A DNA stretch of 44,660 nt. Origin: Octopus bimaculoides. Taxonomy: Eukaryota. Location of the stretch: NCBI RefSeq assembly GCF_001194135.2, contig NC_068983.1, forward strand, positions 106,676,683 through 106,721,342. Direction: 5' to 3'. Shown here piece after piece: positions 25,007 to 37,571 of the stretch. Position 1 is the first letter of the stretch, and each line of letters starts with the position of its first letter. Position numbers and translations under genes: made by a program. The notes beneath the pieces were generated by a model that was not told the DNA's origin, did not search any database, and saw only the letters and a list, made by a program, of their open reading frames with translations.

Positions 25007-25344
25007 CAGTGGTTCTCAACAAGTCCATTATGGCTCCTGAGGGTCCATATAAGATTTTTAGGGATCCATATGACAAAATAGTAAATTGGGGATCTGGAAT
25101 AGTATTCTAAGGGCCTCTGTAAAAAATTTTGCTTTAGATACATGTATTGGTATATATTGCAAGAAACAGGTTTCTTTCTCCACCATTTTACATAGTTCAA
25201 CTTAAATGAATGTTTGAAAAACAAAATAGGAATTTTGAAAGAAGTTTCTATAAAGCTAGTTTTCAAACATCGAATGGCTATGGGGGCCCACCAAAGTTAG
25301 TAATTAAAGGGAGTCCAAAGATGAAAAGTAGTTGAGAACCACTG
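25007..25344. mobile_element. hAT-type MITE
   Basis: 14-bp TIRs CAGTGGTTCTCAAC / GTTGAGAACCACTG; flanking 8-mers atttagag and atgtagtg (6/8, decayed TSD). Confidence 0.85.
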
Positions 25345-25599
25345 ATGTAGTGGCTTACATGTAGGCTTCTCCTGTAGAGATCTAGAATGAGAATATGCTG
25401 AGGTAGGTGGTGATGGTCTTGATTGTTGTACAGAAGTGAATGCTAGTAGTGGTAGTTCATGCTGACAGAGTACAGGAGATAGTAGTGATTGTGGTGGTGG
25501 TGATTGAAGCATAGTGAGTGTGGGTAGTGGTACCTCATGTTGGTTGAGTATAGGTCATAGCAGTGAGGTGGTGATGGTGGTGATTGTAATTACATAACA

Positions 25600-25868
25600 G
25601 TGAATGTGGGACTTGTGCATTGCGTCCTTGAGGAAGACACTTTATTTCACATTGCTCCAGTCCACTCAGTTGGCAAAAATGAGCAATACCTGTATTTTAA
25701 GGATCCAGCTTTGTCACATTCTGCTTCAGGATGAATCTCTCTGAGAACTATGTTAAAGGTACACATGTCTGTGGAGTACTCAGCCACTTGCATGTTAATT
25801 TCACGAGCAGGCTGTTCCATTGATCAGATCAACTGGAACACTTGTCGTCATAACCGATGGAGTGCCAG
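25600..25868 (+). mobile_element. SINE sharing the family B 3' domain, different 5' part
   Basis: gagaactatgttaaaggtacacatgtctgtggagtactcagccacttgcatgttaatttcacgagcaggctgttcc matches family B. Confidence 0.75.
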
Positions 25869-26000
25869 TTGTCAGTGGTGATATCTGCAATAGTATTTGT
25901 AACACATGTATGTAGTAGTAACCTATAAAGGTAGAATATGAAAGATGGTGGTGGTGGTGGCGGTAGTCGTGGTAGTGGTGATTGTAGTGGCGGTAGTGGT

Positions 26001-26063
26001 GGTTAGGGTTAGTGATGGTTAGGGTTAGTGATGGTTAGGGTTAGTGATGGTTAGGTTAATGAT
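26001..26063 (+). repeat. 16-bp minisatellite containing TTAGGG
   Basis: (ggttagggttagtgat)x3 perfect plus one degenerate unit. Confidence 0.9.
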
Positions 26064-26596
26064 GGTGGGGAAGGTGGGTAAATGAAAAGTGACAATGTTT
26101 GGTATGGAAAAATGGTGGTGATTTTGGAAGAAGGGGACGGCAGTAATGGTAGTTGAGATAGTGACAGTTACGATGGTACTAAGATGCACATGGTACTGAT
26201 GATGGTGATTGTGGTGAAGATGGAAATGGCCTGAGCTGGGTGAGATTTTTATCATGATTACTAATGGTAGTGATGGTTGAGACTGTTTTGATGGTTGTCA
26301 AGGTTATTGTGGTGCGGTGAAAATGTAGTGGTGATTGTGGTATTGTGATAATGTTGTTATTGTTGCATTATTGCCAAAGTGTTGTTGTGATGGATGAAGT
26401 ATTGTCATAGATGTGGTGGTTTTGAAATAATACATCCTTTCACTTATTAAAAATGTCAAGGCTATTTTTAAAGATGATTTAGCTGCTGTGACTAGCAGGT
26501 CTTGTAGCCTGTTGGGATGATATACAGGTATGGGCTGAGTCTGCTTGCATGACTGCTCTACGATTGCAAAATACTTTGGGGTGATAAGGTGGTGAT

Positions 26597-26800
26597 CTGG
26601 CAGAATCATTAGCATGCCAGGCAAAATGTTTAGTGGCATTTTGTCCATCTTTATGTTCTGTGTTCAAATTCCACCAATGTCAATTTTGCCTTTCATCCTT
26701 TTGCAGTCAATAGAATAAGCACCAATCGTGCTCTGGAATCGATTTATTCAACTTATCCTCTCTCCCAAAATTGCTCGCCTTATGCCAAAATTTGAAATCA
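26597..26800 (+). mobile_element. SINE family C, diverged
   Basis: ggtgatctggcagaatcattagcatgccaggcaaaatg...gttcaaattcc...ttttgcctttcatcc. Confidence 0.75.
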
Positions 26801-26891
26801 ATATACTTCTAGGTGGACCAAGTCTACAATAACGGTACAATTCTAGGTCTAGCTGTTTATCTTGCCTACTTTTCTTTTATATAATGTTGTC

Positions 26892-27394
26892 TTGTGATTC
26901 TCAACCATTTTTTAATTATGGAACCCTTTGATTACTGTTTCATCATTCTGATGGACACCCGTAGCCAATCGGATGTTTAAAAGCAAGTTTTATAGACACT
27001 TCTATTTTACACATTTACTTATGTAAGTTTGCATAGCACACCCTAAGATAACATGTTTCTGTGACTGGAAACATGCTGAACTATGTTAAGCATTGGAGAA
27101 GAAACTTAGCAGTTTTATACAATAAATAGGTCTGAAACAAAATATTTTCCTGGACCCCTAAAATATTATCATGAACCATCAATTTACTATTTTGCTCATG
27201 TGGATCCCGCGTTAGGAAGGGCATCCAGCTGTAGAAACTCTGCCAAATCAGATTGGAGCCTGGTGCAGCCATCTGGTTCTACAGTCCTCAGTCAAATCGT
27301 CCAACCCATGCTAGCATGGAAAGCGGACATTAAACAATGATGATGATAAGGATGCATCCCCAGCAGTCATATGAACCACAGTTGAGAACCACTG
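26892..27394. mobile_element. hAT-type MITE with perfect 8-bp TSD, containing a nested family D tail (about 27209-27347)
   Basis: Left end ttgtgattctcaacc (decayed), right end gttgagaaccactg; atgttgtc at both 26884-26891 and 27395-27402. Confidence 0.85.
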
Positions 27395-27429
27395 ATGTTG
27401 TCAGTGTCAGAGGAGCTGTGTCTGTAACA

Positions 27430-28200
27430 TTTTTGGTCTCCTCCAGACTAAGATCAATGGGGCTGGTAGGGGGGAGTTAATGAGGATTGTAACTCTGGGA
27501 AGAAAGGATTGGGATAATTGATTATTGTGCTATCTGCAAAGTGTGACACATTCAGTGGAAGATGAGTACTGAGTAGATCTAGGTAGAAGGTATAGGCAGT
27601 CAGTAGGTTCAGAGATTTAGAAGAGATCATTAAAGATACACAATAAAAGAGGTGGAGAGAAGAAACAACACACATTTGTGCTAATGTTTTTGAAGTGTGT
27701 CGCTGAGAAAAAATTTTATCAATTAATCACCAGATGACATTCTTTTAGATGTGATCTCTGATATTTGCTTGGGTAGCTGCAGCACTTCCCCAAAATTTTG
27801 AACCAAACTCAGTATAAATCACACTAGAGCTTTGCAATAGATCAGCAACTGAGGAAACTTTGAGGGTATTTTCATTGCGTGTTGTTCATGTGAAGAGAAG
27901 GTGACATATTGGATGTTGGTGTAGTAAAGGTTCTCAAAGCTCTAAGGGCAAAGACAATTTTACCTCTCTCACCTTGATGAACAACAGGATAAGCAAGAAA
28001 AAATTTTGCATCCACTTCACACCTACATCTAGGGACAACTTACCCCACTGTTCTCTTTTTGCTACACTTCTAGTACTGGATTGTTTCCTTGATGTGTATA
28101 GTGATCATGTCATTGTGCTGTTGAAAGAAATTAAATTGTCATTGTTGTCCTGTAATCTCAGGCAGCAGTTCATAAGTTCCAATCAGATTAATGTTATCAA
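27430..28200 (-). mobile_element. Highly decayed CR1/L2-like LINE reverse transcriptase fragment
   Basis: Minus-strand remnants SPPLLLCIFNDL (cf. SPTLFLLFINDL) and VSHFADSTII (cf. YADDST) in the right order; upstream motifs only weakly recognisable. Confidence 0.5.
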
Positions 28201-28464
28201 ATTAAATGATTGGTTGAAGTAATCAATCAATATCTCTTGCCATGGCCCTCATCAATTTATTGATGGATATGGTGTCCAAAAATGTTGGCCTTAAAACATG
28301 TGATCCTATTCTAATGGCAACAAGTTAGTTCTTCACAATATGAGTGGTTTTATGACTTTTAGTGTTAAGGTTTACGAGGCCATAATGAATGATAGAAGCA
28401 TCAATGAAGCCTTGTGATCTTGTGTCAATGTTGATTCTGCATAAATCTTCATATTTTCTTTTAG

Positions 28465-28496
28465 TAATTTGTTTTCGTAATGTTCTCTCATTCATG
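28465..28496 (+). CDS. Candidate 32-nt exon (xICFRNVLSFM)
   Basis: Acceptor atattttcttttag, donor ATG|gtaaat; ends in phase 0, compatible with the next candidate. Confidence 0.35.
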
Positions 28497-28680
28497 GTAA
28501 ATACAAGCTCATTATATTATTATAATTATTATCAAAACTGTCATCTCATGGAAGAGTGAATCTTTATAATTTATTTGTGCCAAATCTATCGCAACAACAT
28601 CAATTAAAACTCTCTCAAGGCTATTATTTAAATATATTTAGACTCTGTAAATGAAAAACAAAGTTGTTTTTGTATGTCAG

Positions 28681-28783
28681 TATAAGATAGAGACATTGCC
28701 ATCAAGAGACATTAACAATTTCAAGAAACCAGAAATCAAAGTATATAAACTTCACTTGATGTACATCACAGCACGTCAAGCAG
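28681..28783 (+). CDS. Candidate 103-nt exon (YKIETLPSRDINNFKKPEIKVYKLHLMYITARQA+G)
   Basis: Acceptor ttgtttttgtatgtcag, donor CAG|gtacac, 34 open codons in AT-rich context; in frame with 28465-28496 across a 184-nt intron. No homology recognised. Confidence 0.4.
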
Positions 28784-28934
28784 GTACACAAATAAGCACA
28801 TAAGAATTGCTGTTTGGTAATAACAAATGTGGATAATATTAGATCTGAAGTTTAAATAGAACAAATCTGAATTAAATCTTTTGATATTAACCTGCCTGAG
28901 ATCAATCCTCTGTCTGTTTGTCTGTCTGTCTGTG

Positions 28935-29260
28935 GTTGTGTATTAAGAAGTTTGCTTTGCAATCATATGGTTCTAGGTTCAGTCCTACTGCATGGCACCT
29001 TGGCAGTTGTCAAATACTATGACTTCGTGAGTGGATTTGGTAGATGGAAGGAAGCCTGTTGTGTGTGCATGTGTGTGTGTGTTTTTCTCCCACTACTAAT
29101 TGACAACCAGTGTTGGTATGCTTACATCCCTGAAACTTAGCAGCTTAGCAAATGAATGAGTACCAGGCTTTACAAAAAATAAGCACTGGTGTCAATTCGT
29201 TTGACCAAAATTCTCCAAGGCTGCAGTCTAATAACTGAAACAAATAAAAGATAAAAAGAT
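28935..29260 (+). mobile_element. SINE family A, diverged
   Basis: Head (catatggttctaggttcagtcctactgcatggcaccttgg), internal (GT)n, and tail ending gaaacaaataaaagataaaag. Confidence 0.8.
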
Positions 29261-29334
29261 ACACACACATGTATATATATGTATGTATATTTGTATGTAT
29301 GTATATATATATATATATACACACATATATATAT

Positions 29335-29394
<60 letters not shown>

Positions 29395-30224
29395 GAGTGT
29401 CTATATCTAAATTAAAACTTTCTGCAATAATTTAATGTAAGATCCTTTGGTTAATTTATAATTTAAACACCAGGTTGATAGAGAAATAGATGTAAATATA
29501 TGTAAAAGGGAATTATCTGACTAAATCTTTCCAAATTCTTGATTATTTTCCAAAATGAACTGAAGCACATAGACAATTTATTAGAAATATAACTACAATA
29601 AAGTTGAACATTTTATACTTGGAGAATGGCTAAAATGGCGCCCCAGCATGGCTGCAGTCCTTGGACTGAAACTAAAAAGAAAAAAGAAATAATTAAAATC
29701 ATATGTGATGTGAAAATGCATGGTTTAGTGGTTCAAATGTTGGTCTTGTGTCCATAAGTTTACCAGTTCAATTTCTGGAGTAGGTAACATATTGTATCTG
29801 TGAGCAAGGCACTTCATTCCATTTCTTGTCTACTCAGCTAAAGTGAGTACCAGCTGGTGTACCTCTCTCTTTCTCCAGCTGTCCCACCCTGGTTGTTCCA
29901 TTGAATTATGGGTAGGAGAACTAAGAGGGTGTCTATGTTTTCTCATGACTCCATAGGCATAGTTAATTTATGTAACTGACCATAGTTAATTTATGTAACA
30001 TTAATATTAGGTGATAAGATAATTGGCTCAAATTTTAGTGGGTGGATGATCCTAGAGAAACAGGTTAGGAAGAAATTTTAGAAAGTTGAGTCTGACTGGT
30101 TATAAAGTATCTGAATTAGCTTTTTTGAGTTAGTACCAGCAAGCTCTACTTCTTTTTTTAACCCTTCAGTTGTCCACAGCATATTCATAAGTTTGTCTTA
30201 AATGTCCATTCTTGTTTTCAGACT

Positions 30225-30630
30225 TTTAGTAGAAATTCTCCTATAATCACTTCTGACTTTTCTCTTGAGGTATGGCAAAGAGCTGAATCCTGCTGCAACA
30301 TGTATGGTCTTCTAGCAATGACCTTTTCCAACCAGGGATTGGCTGCAATCTCCAACAGCTTCACATAACTGTCTGAATTAAGCCTAAGGCCTTGTTAAAA
30401 GATGGAGAATGATTTAACATCACCCTCACTGGAGATACACTTAAAAAGTCCATCGCAGCTGTCATGATTTGTGGGACACTTCTCATAGCCTTTACAGTGT
30501 TCACAGAGCATGGAGTATCAGTCATCATGTCAGCATTTAAATACTCAGTGAGAATCATCATGATGCAAGTAACTCTTTCTCAGTATTTGGATGGTGTCCA
30601 GTCCGCCACTGACTAACTTTTTCTCAACTA
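30225..30630 (-). mobile_element. DD37D (maT/Bmmar1-like) transposase fragment
   Basis: Homologous to 32340-32740; minus strand retains RPYMLQQDSALCHTS. Confidence 0.75.
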
Positions 30631-31386
30631 CAACTTTAATCTTTATGCTCCCCAATACCTTTGACTATACACCAGAACATCAAATTGTCCCTGAAAAAAA
30701 ATAAGACAAAAATATCATCAAACTTAGCCCTAAAACACCTTGTATATACATTATATACATTGTATCTCAAAACAATAGTTGAGATGGTTACAGATGTAAT
30801 GTTTTTGATCATACATAGATCTGCTTGATCGGGACTGGCCTGGGGGGGGGGGATCAAGCAATAACAAACCTCAGCCATTTTACAGTGCTTTTTAGAAGTT
30901 CTAAGTTATCCAGGTAGCTGAAAAATACTGGGAATGTATATCATATATGCTTCATCAACATATGGACACCTTTGAAGTATGTCCAGGACAGACAAAACGT
31001 TAGTGTCAGTGCTTTATCATTTCCTCAATGTTTGTAGTCTTGTGCCAATCCAAGGATTTAGTTAAGGTTCTTTATGTCCTGGAGTTTTAAATCCTGCTTA
31101 ATTCAAATCTGTATTTTGGTGATTATGTTTTCCTTTTCTGTTGTTGCTGTAGTTGTTTCTTTTATGATGTGTTTTATACAACTGGTGTTCATAATAAACT
31201 ATTATTACAGGTTACTATTGACACATTTAATGCTACTACTATAGATGTTATTGTGATATTTATGTTTTTAATTTGCTGATTGTGTCTGTTTGGACTGTAG
31301 TTTGGAATGCTGAGAATTGATAACACTATTATCACTCTTGATATAACTATTAATCAGACTGGTTGGCATAGTAACAATGCTTATCA

Positions 31387-31491
<105 letters not shown>

Positions 31492-32210
31492 ATATATATA
31501 TGAATGAATATATATATATATATATATATATACTTGTGGTAAAAGTAAGCTTCTACCAAGTTTAGTGAGATATACTGTTTCAATTCCCTGTTGATGCTCT
31601 TTCATTTTATTTATGTCACTAATACCCTTGAGAAAGACATGAATATAACACCCCACTCAATTTCTCATTCCATAAAGTTTCAGACTTTTTGTCTTAATAA
31701 GAAGGAACAATATATTACGTTGATGATAATAATGTTAGAATGTAAGCTATTTCCAGTAATCTAAGATATATGTTACAGTCATATGCTATTTATAAATATA
31801 ATAGTAGTGTTACTGAGGGAGGTGGTAGAGCTTTGGACTAAACATCAGTTCAGTTTCATTCTTTTATATCATGAGATCTACTCCTACCAGTACTGATTTT
31901 GTTTTGCTTTAGTGAGCAAAGTTGATAAATACTAATATAAGGGAGCCTGTGTATTCATTTTCACCTGCTAGAATAGCAGTCAAATCTTTCTTGAATCACA
32001 TCCCAAGGTCTTAAAAAAGGAGAGGACACATTAAATAGCATATTTTTGTATAACCCCTAAAAAGATGGTGTAATTATATCTTTTGTCATGGGTCTGCTGA
32101 ATAAGGGTTGACCTGAGTTTAAACAACAACCACAACAAGGCACTAATGTAGGATCAAAGACATTACAACTGTGACCATCTCATCTATTATTTTGAGATAC
32201 AGTGTATATA

Positions 32211-33085
32211 CAGGGTGTATGGGCTAAATTAGACGAATTTCATGTCTCCTTTTTTCAGGAATAGCTTGATTTAGTGGTTAAAAATCAAAAGTATTGGAGA
32301 TCATAAAGATTAAAATTGTAGTTAAGAAAAAGCTAGCTGATGGAGGACTGGAAGCCATCTGAATATTGGAAAAGAGTTACCTGCATCATGATGATTCTCA
32401 CTGGGTATCAAAATGCTGACATGGTGACAGTTGTTCCATGCTCTGTGAACACAGCAAAAGCAGTAAGACATGTCCCACATATCATGAAAACCAAGTTCCC
32501 CTACACGGTAATGGACTTTTTGGGTGTGTCTCCAGTGAAGGTGATGTCATGCCATTCTAAATCTTTGAACTGGGCCTTAGGCTCATTCAGATAGCTATGT
32601 AAAGCTGCTGGAGATTGTAGGCAATCCCTGGCCGATGAAGGTTGTTACTGGAAGGCCATATGTGTGGCAGTAGGGTTTAGCTCCTTGTCATACATCCAGA
32701 AAGAGTAAGAAGTGGTTGTAGGAGAATTTCTACAACTTCACTACCCTGCAATTTCTGGCCTCCTAATTCCCCTCATTGTAATCTCATGGATTACCATGTG
32801 TCAGGCACAGATGAGAAAGAGACCAACCACAATGCTTGCAACACCAAGGCCAAACTGGTGGCTAAGATTAAGGAGGTATTCAAAGATCTTCCCAGGGACA
32901 CAGTGAGGAATATATGCACCAGGTTCTGGAGCTGTCTTGAGGCTGTGGTGGAAGCTGTGGGTGGCTACTTTGAGTAAACTGTTATCTCCCACCCATAATC
33001 TAGTTGATATTTTTTGATTTTTTAAAACACTTTTAATTTGGGATGGGATTGTGTATTTTATTTTCCTATCATGCAAAATGTTAAA
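32211..33085 (+). mobile_element. Internally deleted DD37D (maT/Bmmar1-like) transposon
   Basis: TA-CAGGGTGTATGGGCTAAATT 5' end; peptides IMKTKFP.TVM, WQ*GLAPCHTSRK...WPPNSPHCNLMDY and TKAKLVAKIKEVFKDLPRDTVRNICTRFWSCLEAVVEAVGGYFE*; 37 codons between the second and third catalytic positions after correcting one frameshift. Confidence 0.85.
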
Positions 33086-33490
33086 TTTAAGCTGATCACT
33101 CTTTAGTCAATGCTCCACTTAAATGTCAAATTTAAACTGAACTCACATTATTCAATGCTCCACTTTTTTCTTTTTTAAAATTGTAGAGTATTTTTAGAGG
33201 GTGTTTCAGCTCATAATGGATGAAGACCTGGGATTTAACAATGACAAATAAGCACCAGTTGCATAATATGTCAATCATTTATACACCCACTTCTAAAAGT
33301 GTGTGACCTTTCTTCTATTGCAAAAAAATCCAATATTTATAAGTAGATTATAAACATATTTATAAATAGAGTCACATTGTCACAGCAACAGTACAGAGCT
33401 AATGCAGTAACTATATTTATAAATTGGTGAACATATGTTATATTGATATAATATTAAAACAATATTATTAGATACTCTAGATAATGTGTC

Positions 33491-33547
<57 letters not shown>

Positions 33548-34437
33548 TCACAATATTTAAAAATATGCCAGAATTTGTAACAACAATAATATTATGAATG
33601 TGTATATGTTAATACATTACGCCCAATTGCATTATGCTGTCACCTGATTAGCTGAAGGAAAAGGCGAAGAGCAAGAGTAAAAGAGGGAGAGAATATTAAT
33701 GACATAAGGCAGTGGGGAATGTAATAGTTATTATGTTAAGATGCTGTCAAGTGGTTAGTGAAGAGAGAGAACGAGAGATAGAAAGACAGAATATGTTAGC
33801 ACTGTGAAGGTAAGATAAATAGGTAGATATGTAGATAGATATGTAGACAGATAGATAGATGGATAAATAGATAGATAGATTGATTGAATGATTGATTGAA
33901 TGATTGATTGATTGATTGAGTGATTGCCCCAACAATACAGCCTATGTGGATTTTTACATCTTCTCAAGAATCAAATGTTTCAGAAAAATATACAATTACA
34001 ACATGCAATTTTCAAAATAACTGTGAAATTTCCATGGATACTAATTAGTACTTATGAATATGCTAGAATATGTGTAACGGTAATAATGTGAAAATATTTA
34101 GAATATGCCATTATATGTCACATCAATTATACCATAATAGTCTATGTTATTCTGCTATAGTCTATATATAAAACATTTTGTATGGAACAAATTCAAAAGA
34201 TATGATCTATTATCTATAATTTATCTTCTATCTTTTACCTATTTCAGTCATTGAACTGCAGCTCTACTGGGGCACCATCTTGAAGGGTTTAGTCACATAA
34301 ATGGGCCCTAGGATTTATTTTTTAAAGTTTGATACTTATTACATCAATAACTTTTGCTGAAAGCTGAATTACTGATGACATGAACAAAATGATACTAATT
34401 GTTAAGCAATGGGGATGGGGGACAAACACATACACAA

Positions 34438-34494
<57 letters not shown>

Positions 34495-34654
34495 ATTTAT
34501 ATAATTTGTTAGAAAACTGACCAATAAAATCTGATATGAAATTGAAGACATAATTTAAAAGATACGGCATTTATGATATTTAATATTATTTTTAAGACAA
34601 GTGATTGGGAAATAAATAATTTAAATTAAGAGTGATATATATAATATGTATTGA

Positions 34655-34790
34655 TGTTTTGCAAAAAGCAGCCTTATTGGGCACAGCGCACATCTTAAGG
34701 AAAATATAATCTGTCCTTGTTGTGACTTGACAGATGACTAAAGACTTCGGTGCATTTTTACCTCCACTGTGTTACGAAGGAAATATAATG
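34655..34790 (+). mobile_element. R4/Dong-like non-LTR retrotransposon 3' tip
   Basis: DVLQKAALLGTAHILRKI* matches the recalled C-terminus of R4-clade elements; short 3' UTR followed by a (TAA)-like run at about 34783-34810. Confidence 0.7.
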
Positions 34791-34994
34791 ATAATAATAA
34801 TTATTATAATAGAGCTTATTGTATACAATGTTCAAGTGTGTTGCAAAAGTGTATAAGAGGGAACATAAATTAGTAGTAAGTTAAGTAGAGAAAGACAGTA
34901 GTGAAAGCTAAAACTGCATGCACAACAAACAGAATGAAACACAAAAAGGCGTAAAGTTAACAGTAAAAGAGCCATAAAGAGGAAAGTGTGTATA

Positions 34995-35165
34995 GGCACC
35001 TGAAGAATACTGTTGGCAAATTTCAGGAAGCATGGAAATTTTGAATGATGCAGTATCCTGACAGCTAGCAACTGATACAGATAGTTTATTTGGTAGTTTA
35101 TTCCATGCATCTACCATTCTGAATGTGAAAAAAAAAGTTTCTCAAAGTCATGGGTGCTGCACTGT
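34995..35165 (-). mobile_element. CR1-type LINE 3' tip
   Basis: FTFRMVDAWNKLPNK...SCQDTASFK, cf. CR1 C-terminal FFSNRVVNAWNSLP...TVNSFK. Confidence 0.7.
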
Positions 35166-36164
35166 TTTTTGATTTTATATGCATGTCCATAAGTGGTAGA
35201 AGTATTGAATTAAAAATGGTGACCAAAGTTGTTGTTGGAAAGATGGTTGTGGGCTTCTACTGTAAGTCTTGATGTAAAGATAAAAATAATAGATAACAAC
35301 TCTAAAGATAGAAGAAGTGACAAATGTTTTCTCCGATGACTGCATCTTCAGTATTATCTTTGTCGACTTCACACAATCTCAAAAATCAAATAACTTAGGA
35401 AAACTACAATTTCAAAATAAATTTTGTATTTCATGATTCTCTATAAAGTTCCAACAATTTTATTGTTTTCAAAATAGCTATAGAATTTCCCTGCTACTAT
35501 TAGTATTGTAAATAGACCTGAAAGTACTGCTAATACTATAAACAGACTAGAATACATGCTATTGATAATGTGACAATAATTATGGAATATATCAAAACAT
35601 GTATAACACTGATAATGTTTTGACAAGATTGATAAACAAGCTACAATATGTTTACAGAAAATAATTATAGATAGGCCACAGTAAAATTGTTGAAATGTTG
35701 TCACAGTATTTATAATGAGCTCCGAATATGTTTCATGGTAATAAGTGATAACATTTATGAATAAACTAAAATAACTCTGTTAATGTAGTCACAGTATTTA
35801 TAAATAGGCCAGGATAGATTTTATTTTAACTTTAAAGAAAACAAAGATGTCTTACATTTTCAGAACAATAGCATCATTAAATATAGGTTTCTAATGAGTC
35901 AATCACTGGTTCACTACATTTATGACAGCAATTGTGATAAATGAGTGTCTGTGCAAATAAATACCACAAGGTATTTTTGTTTGAACCAAACAGTTCATTG
36001 ATTTTTTCCCCCACAGATTGCGAAGTACAGGCTTGCTTGTGTGGTTAAGAAATTCACTTTGCAACAACCGGGTGGCTTCAAGCTCCGTCTCACTATGTGG
36101 TACCTTGAGCAAGTATCTCCAATTATAGCCAAGAGACCAACTAATGTCTTGTGAAGAATCATGT

Positions 36165-36199
<35 letters not shown>

Positions 36200-36200
<1 letters not shown>

Positions 36201-36367
36201 AACGGATGTGTGGTAAGATGGTAAGAAGCATGCTTCCTAACCACATAGTTCTGGGTTCAGTCCCGCTGTGTGGCATCTTGGGCAACTGTCTTCTACTATA
36301 GCCTCAGGCCGACCAAAGCCTTGTGAGCGGATTTGGTGGATGGAAACACAAAGAAGCCCGTCGTATA

Positions 36368-36435
<68 letters not shown>

Positions 36436-36622
36436 TGTTTATGTGTGTGTGTCTTTGTGTTTTTGTTTGTTTGCCCCCACCATTGCTTGACAAGCGATTG
36501 ATAGAATAAGTACCAGGCTTACAAAGAATAAGTCCTGGAGTTGATTTCTTTGACAAAAAGGTAGTGCTCCAGCATGGCCACAATCAAATGGCTGAAACAA
36601 GTAAAAAAATAAAGAAATAAAA
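36200..36622 (+). mobile_element. SINE family A with internal (AT)n(GT)n
   Basis: Head, microsatellite at about 36364-36450 and tail all present. Confidence 0.9.
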
Positions 36623-36643
36623 GAATATATATTTATATATATA

Positions 36644-37571
36644 TAGGCACAGGCATAGCTGTGTCGTAAGAAGCTTGCATCCTAACTACATGGTTCCGGG
36701 TTCAATCCCACTGCATGGCACCTTGGGCAAGTTGTCTCCTACTCTAACCTTGGCACGACCAAAGTCTTGTGAGTGGATTTGGTCGATGGAAACAGAAAGA
36801 AGGCAATTGTATGTATATATATATATATATATATATATNNNNNNNNNNNNNNNNNNNNNNNNNNNNNNNNNNNNNNNNNNNNNNNNNNNNNNNNNNNNNN
36901 NNNNNNNNNNNNNNNNNNNNNNNNNNNNNNNNNNNNNNNNNNNNNNNNNNNNNNNNNNNNNNNNNNNNNNNNNNNNNNNNNNNNNNNNNNNNNNNNNNNN
37001 NNNNNNNNNNNNNNNNNNNNNNNNNNNNNNNNNNNNNNNNNNNNNNNNNNNNNNNNNNNNNNNNNNNNNNNNNNNNNNNNNNNNNNNNNNNNNNNNNNNN
37101 NNNNNNNNNNNNNNNNNNNNNNNNNNNNNNNNNNNNNNNNNNNNNNNNNNNNNNNNNNNNNNNNNNNNNNNNNNNNNNNNNNNNNNNNNNNNNNNNNNNN
37201 NNNNNNNNNNNNNNNNNNNNNNNNNNNNNNNNNNNNNNNNNNNNNNNNNNNNNNNNNNNNNNNNNNNNNNNNNNNNNNNNNNNNNNNNNNNNNNNNNNNN
37301 NNNNNNNNNNNNNNNNNNNNNNNGTATATATGTATATATATATATGTATGTGTGTATGTGTTTGTATGTCTGTGTTTGTCCCCCCAACTTCGCTTGACAA
37401 CCGATGCTGGTGTGTTTATGTCCCCGTAACTTAGCGATTCGGCAAAAGAGACCGATAGAATAAGTACTAGGCTTCCAAATAATAAGTCCTGGGGTCGATT
37501 TGCTCGACTAAAGGCGGTGCTCCAGCATGGCCACAGTCAAAAGACTGAAACAAGTAAAAGAGTAAAAGAGT
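36644..37571 (+). mobile_element. SINE family A spanning an N-gap at its internal microsatellite
   Basis: Head 36644-36810, gap, tail 37370-37571 nearly identical to 17170-17356; could also be halves of two copies. Confidence 0.8.

Noticed and set aside
30659-30690. Minus-strand 32-nt exon candidate (and similar acceptors near 33648 and 22337)
   Set aside because: Could not be chained into a coherent or recognisable protein; T-rich runs make such acceptors common by chance.
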